Assembly (NCBI GenBank): GCA_016928395.1
Contig: JAFGKV010000143.1
Span: 1 to 63,148 of the forward strand
DNA: 63,148 nucleotides
Direction: 5' to 3'
DNA from: Candidatus Fermentibacterota bacterium
Lineage (GTDB): Bacteria > JAFGKV01
This document shows positions 7,962-17,471 of this stretch, piece by piece. Position 1 is the stretch's first letter. Each line of letters opens with the position of its first letter. Position numbers and translations under genes: made by a program. The notes under the pieces were generated by a model, which was not told the DNA's origin, ran no database searches, and saw nothing but the letters and a program-made list of their open reading frames with translations.

Positions 7962-10900
7962 ATGCGCCGATTACTGCCCACTCTGCTCCTAACTGCCGGC
8001 TCTTCGCTGGCCGCCCCTCCGACGCCGACCGACCTCGTCCTCTGGCCCAGCCCGCTCATCGCCGACCTCCCCATCACCGGCCGCGGGGGCTATGCCGATG
8101 CCGACGGCGATGCCTTCGCCCAGGGTGAGTACCGTTTCGTTCTGGACGACATGTCCCAATCGGCCGAGGCGCTCCCCCATGCCCTGGTACTCAATGCCGA
8201 CGGCAGCGCCATGGGCGAGGGGCTTCATGCGCCGGCCGAATCCACGGCCGTGGCCTATACCGACGGCGTGTGGGGCCAATCCTTCGACTGCGGCGGTAAC
8301 CCCCGGCTCCGGTTCACCTCAAGCCCGCTGGGCGACCCCGCCGATGGCGCCGTAGACTTCTGGTTTCGCCTCCACCACGGTCTCTCCGACAGCATCTATG
8401 CCGGCTGGCGCATCTTCTTCTGGCTGGAAACCACCACCGGTGATGCAATCTATGTCGAGACCCATGTCAACACCATATACGGTGCGAGCTACTCCGGCGG
8501 GCAGTATGCAGGAGCGTGGACCGGCAGCCTCGACCTCGGAGCCGGTGACTGGCATCACTTCCTCTATGGATGGCGGGCTGCAGACTCGACCGCCGTGGTC
8601 TTCATCGATGGGGTACAGCGGGGTCTATCCACCTCGTGGCCCGGTGTCACAGGTTTGGCTTCTGCAGTCTACATCGGCAATGCGCCGTGGGGGAATCACG
8701 CGGCCTTGGCGGATGTCGACGCGGTCCGCGGGTGGACGCGCTTGCCCACCCCCGCGGAGGCGGCCTGGGCGGCCTGCTCCACGGTGCCGCCCAGCCAGTG
8801 CTCGGCCGTGCTGGCGGATCCCGTCCCGACGGGTACGACCGTACGGTATGAAGTCAGAGTCGCCGACACCACGGGTTCCTGGAGTGACTGGGTTTCCAGC
8901 ACCACGGATACCCTACGCCCCTCTCTCATCGACACCGTGCTCCCGCCGCCGCGTCTGGCCGCCCACGATGCCGCAACCCTTCCTCTGGAAGTGCACACAG
9001 GCATCCCCTGTCAGTGCCGTGCGTCGGAGACGATGGATGCGTTCGCGCAGATGACCACGGTGCTCGCATCGGCCGACGGCCTGGTACATACCGGGGTATG
9101 GCCCATAGACCCGGCCGACGAGTATCGCGAGATAGCGGTACGCTGCTCGAGTCTCGCCGGTGACATCGATCCGGATCTGGTGGCGGCTTCCACCGGCTAC
9201 CGGCAACTCAGGCCCTACGATCCGCCTTACCCCCGGCCCGCGCTCCTGTGGGGGAACTACGATCCGGAACTGGGGCTTGGCTTCTTCAGCAACTACGCGC
9301 TCATCATCACGTGGTCTGGGAGCAGCTTCACCGGGGAAATCCAACGCTCACTCCGTGCCTTCAACCCCGATCTCAAGATCCTGACTACCGGGCACCTCTC
9401 GTATGGCGGGCCGCCCATGGAAGACTGGGCGGCGCTGACCGACCCGGAAGACCCGCACTTCAACTGGGTCCTGCGCGATCCATCCGGTGACGTGATCCTG
9501 GAATCCTACTGGGGTCACGCCTTCTACAATCTCACCGATTCGAGCTGCGTGGAGTGGCTGGTCGACTACAACGTCGATCAATGGCGGGCTGCCGAGTTGA
9601 TCTTCGACGGCATCTATTTCGACCGGGTCCACGACTTCATCTCCCATGTCTCCGACGACATCGATGCCGATCAGGACGGCGTGGCCGACAATCCCGCCGT
9701 GCTGGACAGCATCTGGTCTGATGGCATGGAATACTACCTCCAGCGCTTCCGTGCCGAGCTTCCCAACGAGGTCATCTGCGGCAACGACACGCCGCTGCAC
9801 TTCGGCCCCTACATCAACGGCCGTCTGTTCGAAATGGGTCTGGCCTACATCATGGATGAGGATGGCGACTGGGTGCCCTTCTTCGACGAATACCGTCAGT
9901 GGGAAGACGTGCATCGCGAGCCCTATTGCCTGCCCATCGTGTGCAACCAGGCACCCCTGGACTTCCTCTGGCGATGGGGCCTCAATCCGCAGAATTCAGT
10001 TCCACCGGATTCAGTCGAATGGGTGCGCACCCGCTATAAACGTATGCGTTTCGGGCTGGGCACGGCATTGCTCTCCGAGGGGGTCTCGGTCTACGACTTC
10101 GGCACCACGTGGTGGGGCAATCCCTGGTGGTACGATGAGTATGACGTGAACCTTGGCTATCCCACGGGGGCTCCCTACCGGATCACCGATCCCGCGACCA
10201 TTGTGGCCACGGAAGATTTCGAGGCGGGTACGGAGGGCATCTTCAACCTGAACCACTGGGGCACCATGTGGGCGGAGATCACCGATGATCCGAGCGAGGT
10301 GATCAGCGGCTCGTATTCGCTCAAGGGCGGCAACGACAACATGGGGCAGACGTGGAATGAGTTCGCCCACTCCGATCTCGACAGCCTGCCCCTGTCGGGT
10401 GATTCGACCTACACGGTCACCTTCACCTACAGAGTGCTGGAGGCGCCGCCGTCCACTGGCCACTTCTACTTCTTTGCGCGCTCCCTCACCGGAGGCGTGG
10501 CCTCGGATGTGGGTAGCTACTCCTGGCGGGGGGCGTCAGGCGCCATGGATACGGTAACCGTGACCTTCGCCTTGGAGTCGTATCCTGACTACTACCTGGT
10601 GTTCGGTCTCAAGTACACGGGCGAGTATGCCGTGGATGACATCGAGATCGCCGCGGGCGGGGGTGGGCTGTGGAAGCGCGACTTCGACCATGGCGTCGTG
10701 GTGGTGAATCCTGTCGGCATGCCCCAGACGGCCGATCTGGGCGACACGCTCTGCCGCTTCCTCGGAGCCCAGGACCCGGTTCATAACGACGGCCAGCCGG
10801 TGAGATTGCTCACCCTCCAGGGTCATGACGCGATCCTTCTGCTCTCGACCTCGTCGGGCCTGACGCCCCCGGGACCCCTCACAATCACGCCCTCTGGCTC

Positions 10901-11225
10901 GGATGCGCTGCTCGATTGGGGACCCAGCTCTGGTGCGGCAGGCTATCACGTCTATCGAGACACGACGGCCTGGTTCATGCCATCCGGGGCGAACCGCCTG
11001 ACCTCGAACCCGTTGTCCGGCCTCACCTACACCGATCCTGGCGTGCTGGGCGATCCCGCCGCGCCGGTGTTCTACGCGGTCCGCGCCCTCAGCTCCGCCG
11101 GCATCGAGTCCGCCCCCTCCAATCGCGTCGGCGGCATGGCGACAGGCCTGGACAGCCGACGCGTCCGAAGGACGCTCCACGCTCCTCCCCTTGTCAAAGG
11201 GAGGATGGGAAGGAATAGGCCCTGA
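7962..11225 (+). CDS. secreted multidomain putative glycoside hydrolase (LamG-like + GHL15-like + galactose-binding-like + C-terminal FN3-like)
   Basis: Signal peptide MRRLLPTLLL; LamG WHH..VFIDG; FDGIYFD, RMRFGL, WWYDEY and WKRDFDHGVVVVNP motifs. Confidence 0.7.
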   Translation: MRRLLPTLLLTAGSSLAAPPTPTDLVLWPSPLIADLPITGRGGYADADGDAFAQGEYRFVLDDMSQSAEALPHALVLNADGSAMGEGLHAPAESTAVAYTDGVWGQSFDCGGNPRLRFTSSPLGDPADGAVDFWFRLHHGLSDSIYAGWRIFFWLETTTGDAIYVETHVNTIYGASYSGGQYAGAWTGSLDLGAGDWHHFLYGWRAADSTAVVFIDGVQRGLSTSWPGVTGLASAVYIGNAPWGNHAALADVDAVRGWTRLPTPAEAAWAACSTVPPSQCSAVLADPVPTGTTVRYEVRVADTTGSWSDWVSSTTDTLRPSLIDTVLPPPRLAAHDAATLPLEVHTGIPCQCRASETMDAFAQMTTVLASADGLVHTGVWPIDPADEYREIAVRCSSLAGDIDPDLVAASTGYRQLRPYDPPYPRPALLWGNYDPELGLGFFSNYALIITWSGSSFTGEIQRSLRAFNPDLKILTTGHLSYGGPPMEDWAALTDPEDPHFNWVLRDPSGDVILESYWGHAFYNLTDSSCVEWLVDYNVDQWRAAELIFDGIYFDRVHDFISHVSDDIDADQDGVADNPAVLDSIWSDGMEYYLQRFRAELPNEVICGNDTPLHFGPYINGRLFEMGLAYIMDEDGDWVPFFDEYRQWEDVHREPYCLPIVCNQAPLDFLWRWGLNPQNSVPPDSVEWVRTRYKRMRFGLGTALLSEGVSVYDFGTTWWGNPWWYDEYDVNLGYPTGAPYRITDPATIVATEDFEAGTEGIFNLNHWGTMWAEITDDPSEVISGSYSLKGGNDNMGQTWNEFAHSDLDSLPLSGDSTYTVTFTYRVLEAPPSTGHFYFFARSLTGGVASDVGSYSWRGASGAMDTVTVTFALESYPDYYLVFGLKYTGEYAVDDIEIAAGGGGLWKRDFDHGVVVVNPVGMPQTADLGDTLCRFLGAQDPVHNDGQPVRLLTLQGHDAILLLSTSSGLTPPGPLTITPSGSDALLDWGPSSGAAGYHVYRDTTAWFMPSGANRLTSNPLSGLTYTDPGVLGDPAAPVFYAVRALSSAGIESAPSNRVGGMATGLDSRRVRRTLHAPPLVKGRMGRNRP

Positions 11226-11338
11226 GAGAAGTCGAGGGGGATCTGGGCTCCGCCCACCAGCCCAACCCCTCGTTCAAGCCTCGCCCCGCATCTGCAAGTG
11301 CGGGGGCGACCGGCGCTCCTACCTCACCTGCGACGACC

Positions 11339-11470
11339 TGTACGAGCGGCTTCAGCCGCGACCTCCGGGATCCATGTCGGGCCTGAAGGCCCTCCTACAC
11401 TGCCTGTGCACCGCATTCCCCAGAGTAGGAGTGGCCTGTCTGCGGAAGGCAGGCGTACGCCGCGAATGCA
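11339..11470 (+). repeat. 132-bp direct repeat, copy 1 (REP-like doublet)
   Basis: Matches 12958-13089 with 6 mismatches by manual alignment; contains gcggcttcagccgcga...tcgggcctgaaggccctcctaca. Confidence 0.92.
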
Positions 11471-11780
11471 GCCAGCGGACGACGCGAATCGAGCTCATAT
11501 TCGCGCCTCACGGCGCTCCCACAATGCGGGAGCTGAGCTGCCGCGGTCAAAGCGCAACCAAGGTCGCGCACTCCAAGGATACTCGGCTCGTCGCGGTTCA
11601 CACCGCTCCAACAACGAAAGGGAACTGCAACCGACAACAGTCAGCCCTCGGTGTTGATGATGTAATCGAGACGGCCAGGCGGGCTGGGTTCCGCACTGCC
11701 GGATGCCTGCGTCGAGGCGGAATCCGACACTTTGCGCTCATGCCCCAGGCACATCCTTTCTCGTCGTCGCATAGCCGGGG

Positions 11781-11832
11781 TTGACACAGGGTCACTTCGC
11801 CCTAATGTATACAGCTGAAGGAGATGCATACA
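11781..11832 (+). promoter_or_regulatory. sigma70-like promoter and candidate operator boxes of the TA operon
   Basis: TTGACA-16bp-TAATGT; TGTATACA (11806-11813) and TGCATACA (11825-11832). Confidence 0.55.
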
Positions 11833-11834
11833 CC

Positions 11835-12152
11835 ATGAAAACCGTGACACTTTCCACACGGCTCAGCACGGCTGAGGCTGAACGCATCGACACGCTCGCG
11901 GCTGAGTTGGGGCTCGATCGTAGTTCGCTGCTCAAGCAACTGGTACGCAGGGGATACCACGATCTGCAGACTGCCCATGTGCTTGACGGCTACCGTCGCG
12001 GTCTGCTGACGCTCTCACGCGCGGCGGAACTTGCCGGCATCGGGGTGCGGGACATCCTGGCTCGACTCCCTCAGGAATCGGTCGAACTGAACTACGACCT
12101 GCATGAGCTACAGCGTGACCTCGACAACCTCCCCGATGCGCCTCGTCGCTGA
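11835..12152 (+). CDS. UPF0175 family antitoxin with an N-terminal RHH-like domain
   Basis: AAGGAG SD; YRRGLLTLSRAAELAGI motif; overlaps the toxin gene. Confidence 0.82.
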   Translation: MKTVTLSTRLSTAEAERIDTLAAELGLDRSSLLKQLVRRGYHDLQTAHVLDGYRRGLLTLSRAAELAGIGVRDILARLPQESVELNYDLHELQRDLDNLPDAPRR

Positions 12153-12633
12153 CTCAGCCCCCCTCATCTTCCTCGGCAAGCTCGACCGGCTTTCCTTGCT
12201 GCGCCGGCTCTTCGATGCCGAGATCGTCATGCCTCGGCTCGTGCGAGACGAACTACTCCCCCACTCGTTGCCGCCCGACGAGAGACGGAGGCTCGCCGCA
12301 TTCCTGGAAGGCTGCCGCATTGTTGATCCGAGAGAGACGGAGAGTCCCGCAGCCGGCTTGAGTCAGGCTGACAATGCGATTCTCAATCTGGCAAGGGAAC
12401 AGCACGCGGAGGTGGTCATCTCAGATGACAGGCTGCTCCGCAGGATTGCCGCCATCGAGGGCACGGGTGTCATCGGAACCGTGGGGATCCTCATCCTGGC
12501 GACAAGGCGGGGAATCCTGACCGCGACCGAGACGGAGAGCCTCCTGTCTCAACTGGTCAGGCATCACAGCTTTCGAATCAGCACCGCCCTGTATGACGCC
12601 TCCCTCCGGGCTATCCGCACCGGCCGACCCTAA
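12136..12633 (+). CDS. DUF3368 / PIN-domain toxin
   Basis: MRLVADSAPLIFL, VISDDR, GTVGILILA and FRISTALY motifs. Confidence 0.85.
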   Translation: MRLVADSAPLIFLGKLDRLSLLRRLFDAEIVMPRLVRDELLPHSLPPDERRRLAAFLEGCRIVDPRETESPAAGLSQADNAILNLAREQHAEVVISDDRLLRRIAAIEGTGVIGTVGILILATRRGILTATETESLLSQLVRHHSFRISTALYDASLRAIRTGRP

Positions 12634-12841
12634 CCCGTTCGCCCGTTCGCGCCTCTCGGCGGTTGGCTCCGTTCGCGCCTTACGGCGCTCCTACAAGGCG
12701 GGAGCTGAGCCGCAGCACCTTCGCATGCGGCAGAAGAGGCGAAGGATGATGCTCTCCGCACCAGGCACCGCACGAGGGTGCTGGACATACGCTCCCACGG
12801 TCAAAGCGCAACCAAGGTTGCGCACTCCAAAGATGCTCCTC

Positions 12842-12881
12842 CTCTCCGGAAAGCGGCGGCTTGCCGCCGCTTTCCGGAGAG
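12842..12881. repeat. long GC-rich palindrome within a REP/BIME-like mosaic
   Basis: CTCTCCGGAAAGCGGCGGC-TT-GCCGCCGCTTTCCGGAGAG, 19-bp arms. Confidence 0.88.
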
Positions 12882-12957
12882 GGAGCAAGCTCCCGCCACG
12901 GCCAGACGGGCGGGCACAGGTCCCGCCCCTACAGTGGCCGTACACCTCATTCAACGG

Positions 12958-13089
12958 TGTACGAGCGGCTTCAGCCGCGACCTCCGGGATCCATGTCGGG
13001 CCTGAAGGCCCTCCTACACTGCCTGTGCACCACATTCCCCAGGGTAGCAGCGGCCTGCCTGCGGTAGGCAGGCGTACGCCGCGAATGCA
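12958..13089 (+). repeat. 132-bp direct repeat, copy 2
   Basis: See copy 1; includes the CCTGCCTGCGGTAGGCAGG hairpin. Confidence 0.92.
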
Positions 13090-13159
13090 CCTCCTATGGA
13101 GTGCTGGGGCAAGGTCCAGCACCTCTGGATGCTGGGGCACCGTGAAACGTGGCGCGATC

Positions 13160-14503
13160 CTACGGCAACGCGAAAGCGAAGGCTCCGACCCGGGGGGAAT
13201 CGGGTGATTCCCAGATGGCGCGATAGGCACGAACGATGTAGTAGTAGTTCGTGCTCGGATCTACACCGGCGGCGGGGTCGGCGTAGGATGTGGCCGTGGT
13301 CTCCCCCAATAGGTTCGAGCCTCCGAAAGGATCGGGCGTGAAGTACGGATTCGTGGAGCGATAGACCCGATACTTCGCCGCGCCACTCACCGCGGGCCAG
13401 GAGAGCTGCACCCCGCCCATCGCTCCGGGTTGCGCCTCCAGCGATGCCGGCTCCGGAAGATTCGTGATGACCTCGTGCTGCGCGAAGTCGTAAACGCCCA
13501 GGTACCACGGCGGTCCTGCGGCGTCCTGGCAATACGGTAAGCTGTAGACGGGATACCCTTGACTTGCCCGCTCCCGGTTGATCAGTTCGATTCCCCAGTG
13601 CTCCAGGGTGACGGGGTCGGTGGAGAGCATGATCGAGTTGGGTCTCAGCTCCTCGGGGAAGAGGGACCAAGAACTTGGTCCTCCGGGATTGGGGCCACCA
13701 TTCCATACGCCGTAAATGGCCGATGTAAGGATGAGCTTCGTCTTCTCCTTGACGTGGGGAGAGGCACTGATGTTCAGTAGCCGAGGATTGGGTGCGTGGC
13801 AGTTCGTGCCATCTGAGCTGGAACCGTAGACGCTACCGATGTGGTTCTTGAAGGCCAGGGTCCATCGCTTGTCCGATTGACCGTGATCCTTGAGCACCGG
13901 GCAGTTGATAAGGTAGTCGCAGTTCACAATGTGAGAGCTGAGCTTCACCGTGACTCCGGGCGCAATCTCGATAGTGGTAGTAGGATCAACATTGGCTCCA
14001 CTCGCAATCGTCACGTCAGGGAAATTCGTGCTATTGAATCCGAATGATCCAATGCCCCGGTTATCGAAGATGGTGATGTTGGCGGGCGGATAGAGGCTGC
14101 CACAGGTCTGTCGAAGCAGATCGGTGACGGCTCTCACCATCTCCCAGCGGGTGGGAACATACGTGCCAAGGCAGTTGACCTTGAACGTTACTCGTTTCGT
14201 TACATCCAGCCCCGGAAGGAGGCTCTCCAGAGCAGACAAGGCCGTTGGCTGCCCGGTCAATGCCATCAAGCCGTTCTCTACCATGGTCTTAACCGTGACG
14301 AGGTTCACGCTCGTCCCGCTGCTTGCCCCCAGATCCTCCCAGATGACGATCTTTCCAGGCATGACATTGCCGGAACGCGTCGGCTCGCCCCAATTCCGAA
14401 CCGGAATCGTCGCGCCCGCTGCGGCCATGGCCGCGGTCTGGATGAAACGCCGCCTGGAGATCCCTCTCCGCAGGCGGTCCTCATTTCGCGATGATGCACT
14501 CAT
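13160..14503 (-). CDS. Tat-exported DUF362 protein with C-terminal FN3-like domain
   Basis: SRRRFIQ twin-arginine signal; KVNC, YLINCPVLKDH, TLAFKNHIG and STDPVTLE motifs. Confidence 0.8.
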   Translation of the reverse strand: MSASSRNEDRLRRGISRRRFIQTAAMAAAGATIPVRNWGEPTRSGNVMPGKIVIWEDLGASSGTSVNLVTVKTMVENGLMALTGQPTALSALESLLPGLDVTKRVTFKVNCLGTYVPTRWEMVRAVTDLLRQTCGSLYPPANITIFDNRGIGSFGFNSTNFPDVTIASGANVDPTTTIEIAPGVTVKLSSHIVNCDYLINCPVLKDHGQSDKRWTLAFKNHIGSVYGSSSDGTNCHAPNPRLLNISASPHVKEKTKLILTSAIYGVWNGGPNPGGPSSWSLFPEELRPNSIMLSTDPVTLEHWGIELINRERASQGYPVYSLPYCQDAAGPPWYLGVYDFAQHEVITNLPEPASLEAQPGAMGGVQLSWPAVSGAAKYRVYRSTNPYFTPDPFGGSNLLGETTATSYADPAAGVDPSTNYYYIVRAYRAIWESPDSPRVGAFAFALP

Positions 14504-14569
14504 GTAGATTCCTTTCAAGCACCGGCCGACGCCGATCATCGGGCCGGTGTGTCATAACACTGCTTCGCC

Positions 14570-14598
14570 AATATAGTAACAATTCCTGTTTATGTAAA
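14570..14598 (-). promoter_or_regulatory. sigma70-like promoter
   Basis: Minus strand TTTACA-17bp-TATATT in an AT-rich patch upstream of the DUF362 gene. Confidence 0.65.
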
Positions 14599-14653
14599 CT
14601 GCTCCCCCCGCCCCAACATGAACCGCGAACAACCGTACACGCCCAACCCATGA

Positions 14654-17206
14654 TCACCGGAGCACGACCGCCGGGGCGGAGGCTGTCTTCGTCCCGACTT
14701 TACCCGCGCATACATAGGCACCATTGCGAACCGGTTCGCCGCTGTCGGTACGACCGTCCCAACGCAGCCGATGTTCACCTCGCGGCAGCCATCCGTCGAT
14801 CAAAGTTCGCACACGCCTCCCCGATACGTCGAATACGCCGAACTCGACGCGTTCAGGCTCCGCCAGGGTCATGACGACGTCAACCCCACCCGGTGTCGGC
14901 ATCGCGCCCTCAAACCCCAGATCCAGTTCTCGACGCCCACGCCCGCCGATCTGTGCGGAGACGCCCAGGCGCTTCACGCGCAGCCCGTTGCCGAAACTGG
15001 TGACCCACAGCTCATCGGCATCGCTCGGATGGTAGAACATCCGCACCGCGTGCCTGAACGGATAGTCGGAGACCTCCGTGAACGTCGGCGTCACAGCCGT
15101 CAGGTTCTCGGTGCGCCACAGGCCGGCGGTCTCCGTGGAGAGATAGGCCACATCGGGGTTCACAGGGTCCACGGTGATCGACTCGACCCGGTAGAGGTCT
15201 GAGATCCTCGTCCAGCTCAGACCCCGATCTTGAGTCCGGTACAGCCCGCCCACCTCGTTGGGAGAGCTCCCCCAGTGGCTGAACACCGCGGCATACCATG
15301 TGTTCTGCAAGGAATCATGCGGGTCGATGACCACATCCTTTGTCCAGCGGTACATGCCCGGGTCGCTGCGATCCTCCCAGGTCGCGCCCCCGTTAGTGCT
15401 GAGAAACACGCCCGAACTCTGGGTGAACGCGCCGCTGGGGTTGCGCCGTCCGGAGTAGCCGGCCACCAGCGAGCCGTCATCCAGCACATGGATGCAGAGC
15501 GGATGTCCTTCGGTGCGCGGTGGCGACGCCAGTCTGACCCACGAGGCGCCGCTGCCCTGATCAAGATTGTGGGTGACATAGATCCCGCCCTGGGTGCTGT
15601 GCACCACGCTGGCATACATCGTCTGGCTGTCGTTGGCATCGAGGCAGAGCCAAATCACCGGATGGTTAAAGTCGTGAAGCACCTGCCACGATGCCCCGGC
15701 ATCGTCCGATACGATAACCCAGCCATCGCCTCCATCGATCTGGGCGTCGCGAAGATAGGTGCTCTGATACAGGTCATGCACCGTGGAGGTCGCCGCGTAG
15801 AGCGCCCCGCCGGGATGCCCGACCACATGGTACGTGGAGTTATGCGGCAACCCCAGGGCGGCGCCGGCGGTCCACCGAGTTCCCCCGTCGATGCTGCGCA
15901 TGCCCCTGATGTCGGTCAGGGCCGCGATCATGGTATCCTGACTGACCCACTGGACCCACCAGCCGCTGGTATCCTCCAATCCGATGCCCCCGTAGGCCTG
16001 GCCCTGGGGGGTGTCACTGGCTGCGGCGTGCTCGTCGGCCGAATCGACATAGGCCTGCCGCCAGAGGTCTCCAGCGGAATCCGTTACGTGCACGAACCCC
16101 AAGTCGGTGAGGACTGCGAACCTTGGATCCACCGGGGATACCGTGAAACCCAGGGCATACTCGCCGTACCACCAGTCAGCATCACCGCCGTCGCCGCTCC
16201 AGCCCGTGATGATATTGCCGTTGTGGAGCGTGATGAAGACATCACTCCATGATTGACCGCCGTCGGTGGAGCGATACACCATCGGGGCATACGAGCCTCC
16301 ATCGCCTCCGGCGACGTACACCGTATCGACATCGTCCAGCGCCATGCCCACGAAGAATGGGTACTGGCCTGGCGGCAGCCCGTTCGTCGCCGGTTCCCAT
16401 TCCCCGATGCCCCAGTCGATGCGGTACACGGCCCGGTAGCCCCAGAACTCGCTTCCCGTAATGCCGGCCCAGATATCATCCGTGCCCATGGTAACCGCGA
16501 AGAACCGGCGGACTCCCCCTTCCTTGCCGCCGGCAAAGGACACCATGGCCTCGTCATCAGGGATGCCCTGGCCGTAGGAGAAGGTGAAACACGGGTGGAA
16601 TGACAGGCCGCCATCCTGGGAGACCAACATCCCGTCATTGGTGCCCACGAAGATGTCATCGCCATCCCAGAAGACACCCGCGATGTGCAACCCGGCACCG
16701 GGGTTGGAGGCGGAATGAACAGATGAGAAGCCGGCGCCACCGTTGCCGGAGAAGAACAACTCATCCCAACTCGAGACCAAGATCCGTTGGGTCGAACCGG
16801 GATCGGCATGAAGCGAAAACGCCTCGGCGTAGGTCGGATCCGAGGCCAAAGGTACCCACGTCGCGCCGCTGTCCGTGCTCTTCGAGGGCGTGCCCGCATC
16901 ATCGGCCCGGTTGACCGCGTAGAGAATGGAAGGGTTTGAGGTGAACCGAACATGCGAATCGATGCCGCCCTGGAGCTGGCCGAAGCGAACGGTATCCCAA
17001 CTCCTGCCGTAGTCCCCGGTGCAAAACACGGCGCTCATGTCGGTGGCCAGGTAGACGACACCAGGGTGGAATGGGCTCAGAGTCGGCGAGTAGAATGCTC
17101 CCCCGCCACCGATACCCCTGGATTCCCAACACCAGCCTGCACGGGGAATCGTGCAGAGTGCCCACATCACGCAAACGGTACCAATCATCCTGCAACGCTC
17201 AGACAC
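14654..17206 (-). CDS. secreted BNR/Asp-box beta-propeller protein (GH74/sortilin-like) with C-terminal FlgD-Ig domain
   Basis: Repeated S.D.G.(T/S)W boxes; VFDVSGRRVRTL..WDGRTDSG tail; GGAGGTGA SD before GTG 17206. Confidence 0.82.
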   Translation of the reverse strand: MSERCRMIGTVCVMWALCTIPRAGWCWESRGIGGGGAFYSPTLSPFHPGVVYLATDMSAVFCTGDYGRSWDTVRFGQLQGGIDSHVRFTSNPSILYAVNRADDAGTPSKSTDSGATWVPLASDPTYAEAFSLHADPGSTQRILVSSWDELFFSGNGGAGFSSVHSASNPGAGLHIAGVFWDGDDIFVGTNDGMLVSQDGGLSFHPCFTFSYGQGIPDDEAMVSFAGGKEGGVRRFFAVTMGTDDIWAGITGSEFWGYRAVYRIDWGIGEWEPATNGLPPGQYPFFVGMALDDVDTVYVAGGDGGSYAPMVYRSTDGGQSWSDVFITLHNGNIITGWSGDGGDADWWYGEYALGFTVSPVDPRFAVLTDLGFVHVTDSAGDLWRQAYVDSADEHAAASDTPQGQAYGGIGLEDTSGWWVQWVSQDTMIAALTDIRGMRSIDGGTRWTAGAALGLPHNSTYHVVGHPGGALYAATSTVHDLYQSTYLRDAQIDGGDGWVIVSDDAGASWQVLHDFNHPVIWLCLDANDSQTMYASVVHSTQGGIYVTHNLDQGSGASWVRLASPPRTEGHPLCIHVLDDGSLVAGYSGRRNPSGAFTQSSGVFLSTNGGATWEDRSDPGMYRWTKDVVIDPHDSLQNTWYAAVFSHWGSSPNEVGGLYRTQDRGLSWTRISDLYRVESITVDPVNPDVAYLSTETAGLWRTENLTAVTPTFTEVSDYPFRHAVRMFYHPSDADELWVTSFGNGLRVKRLGVSAQIGGRGRRELDLGFEGAMPTPGGVDVVMTLAEPERVEFGVFDVSGRRVRTLIDGWLPRGEHRLRWDGRTDSGEPVRNGAYVCAGKVGTKTASAPAVVLR

Positions 17207-17266
17207 GGCGATCACCTCCTGAAGACACCCTCTACCCAGAAGACACATATCAAGCTAGTCAACATG

Positions 17267-17282
17267 GCAAGTGTCATGCCAA
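17267..17282 (-). promoter_or_regulatory. sigma54 (-24/-12) promoter
   Basis: Minus strand TTGGCAT-GACAC-TTGC, about 60 bp upstream of GTG 17206. Confidence 0.7.
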
Positions 17283-17300
17283 CGCTGGGACCGGGGAGCG

Positions 17301-17340
17301 ATGGAATGATGGAATGATGAGATGATGGATGAATGGAGGG
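17301..17340. repeat. GGAATGAT-type 8-mer simple repeat
   Basis: atggaatgatggaatgatgagatgatggatgaatgg; related copies at 40198, 40308 (inverted) and 44507 (inverted). Confidence 0.75.
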
Positions 17341-17447
17341 CTCGCTACGCGAGTAGGGAAAAGGGTTCGGGGTTCAGTCGGGGCTGCCGACCAGCCCCTC
17401 GCTTTGGCAAAGGGGAGATACTTGGAACGATCGGATGACCGCATGAC

Positions 17448-17471
17448 GAATATTCCATTTGTGGAATATTC
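17448..17471. promoter_or_regulatory. AT-rich perfect inverted repeat, candidate regulator site
   Basis: GAATATTCCA-TTTG-TGGAATATTC. Confidence 0.55.

Noticed and set aside
11191-11784. ORFs 11191-11784, 12593-13207 and 12691-13230 as genes
   Set aside because: They are translations of the repeat mosaics, with no family motifs
11230-13150. Repeats as a CRISPR array
   Set aside because: No regularly spaced identical repeats with unique spacers and no cas genes; the pattern is REP/BIME-like
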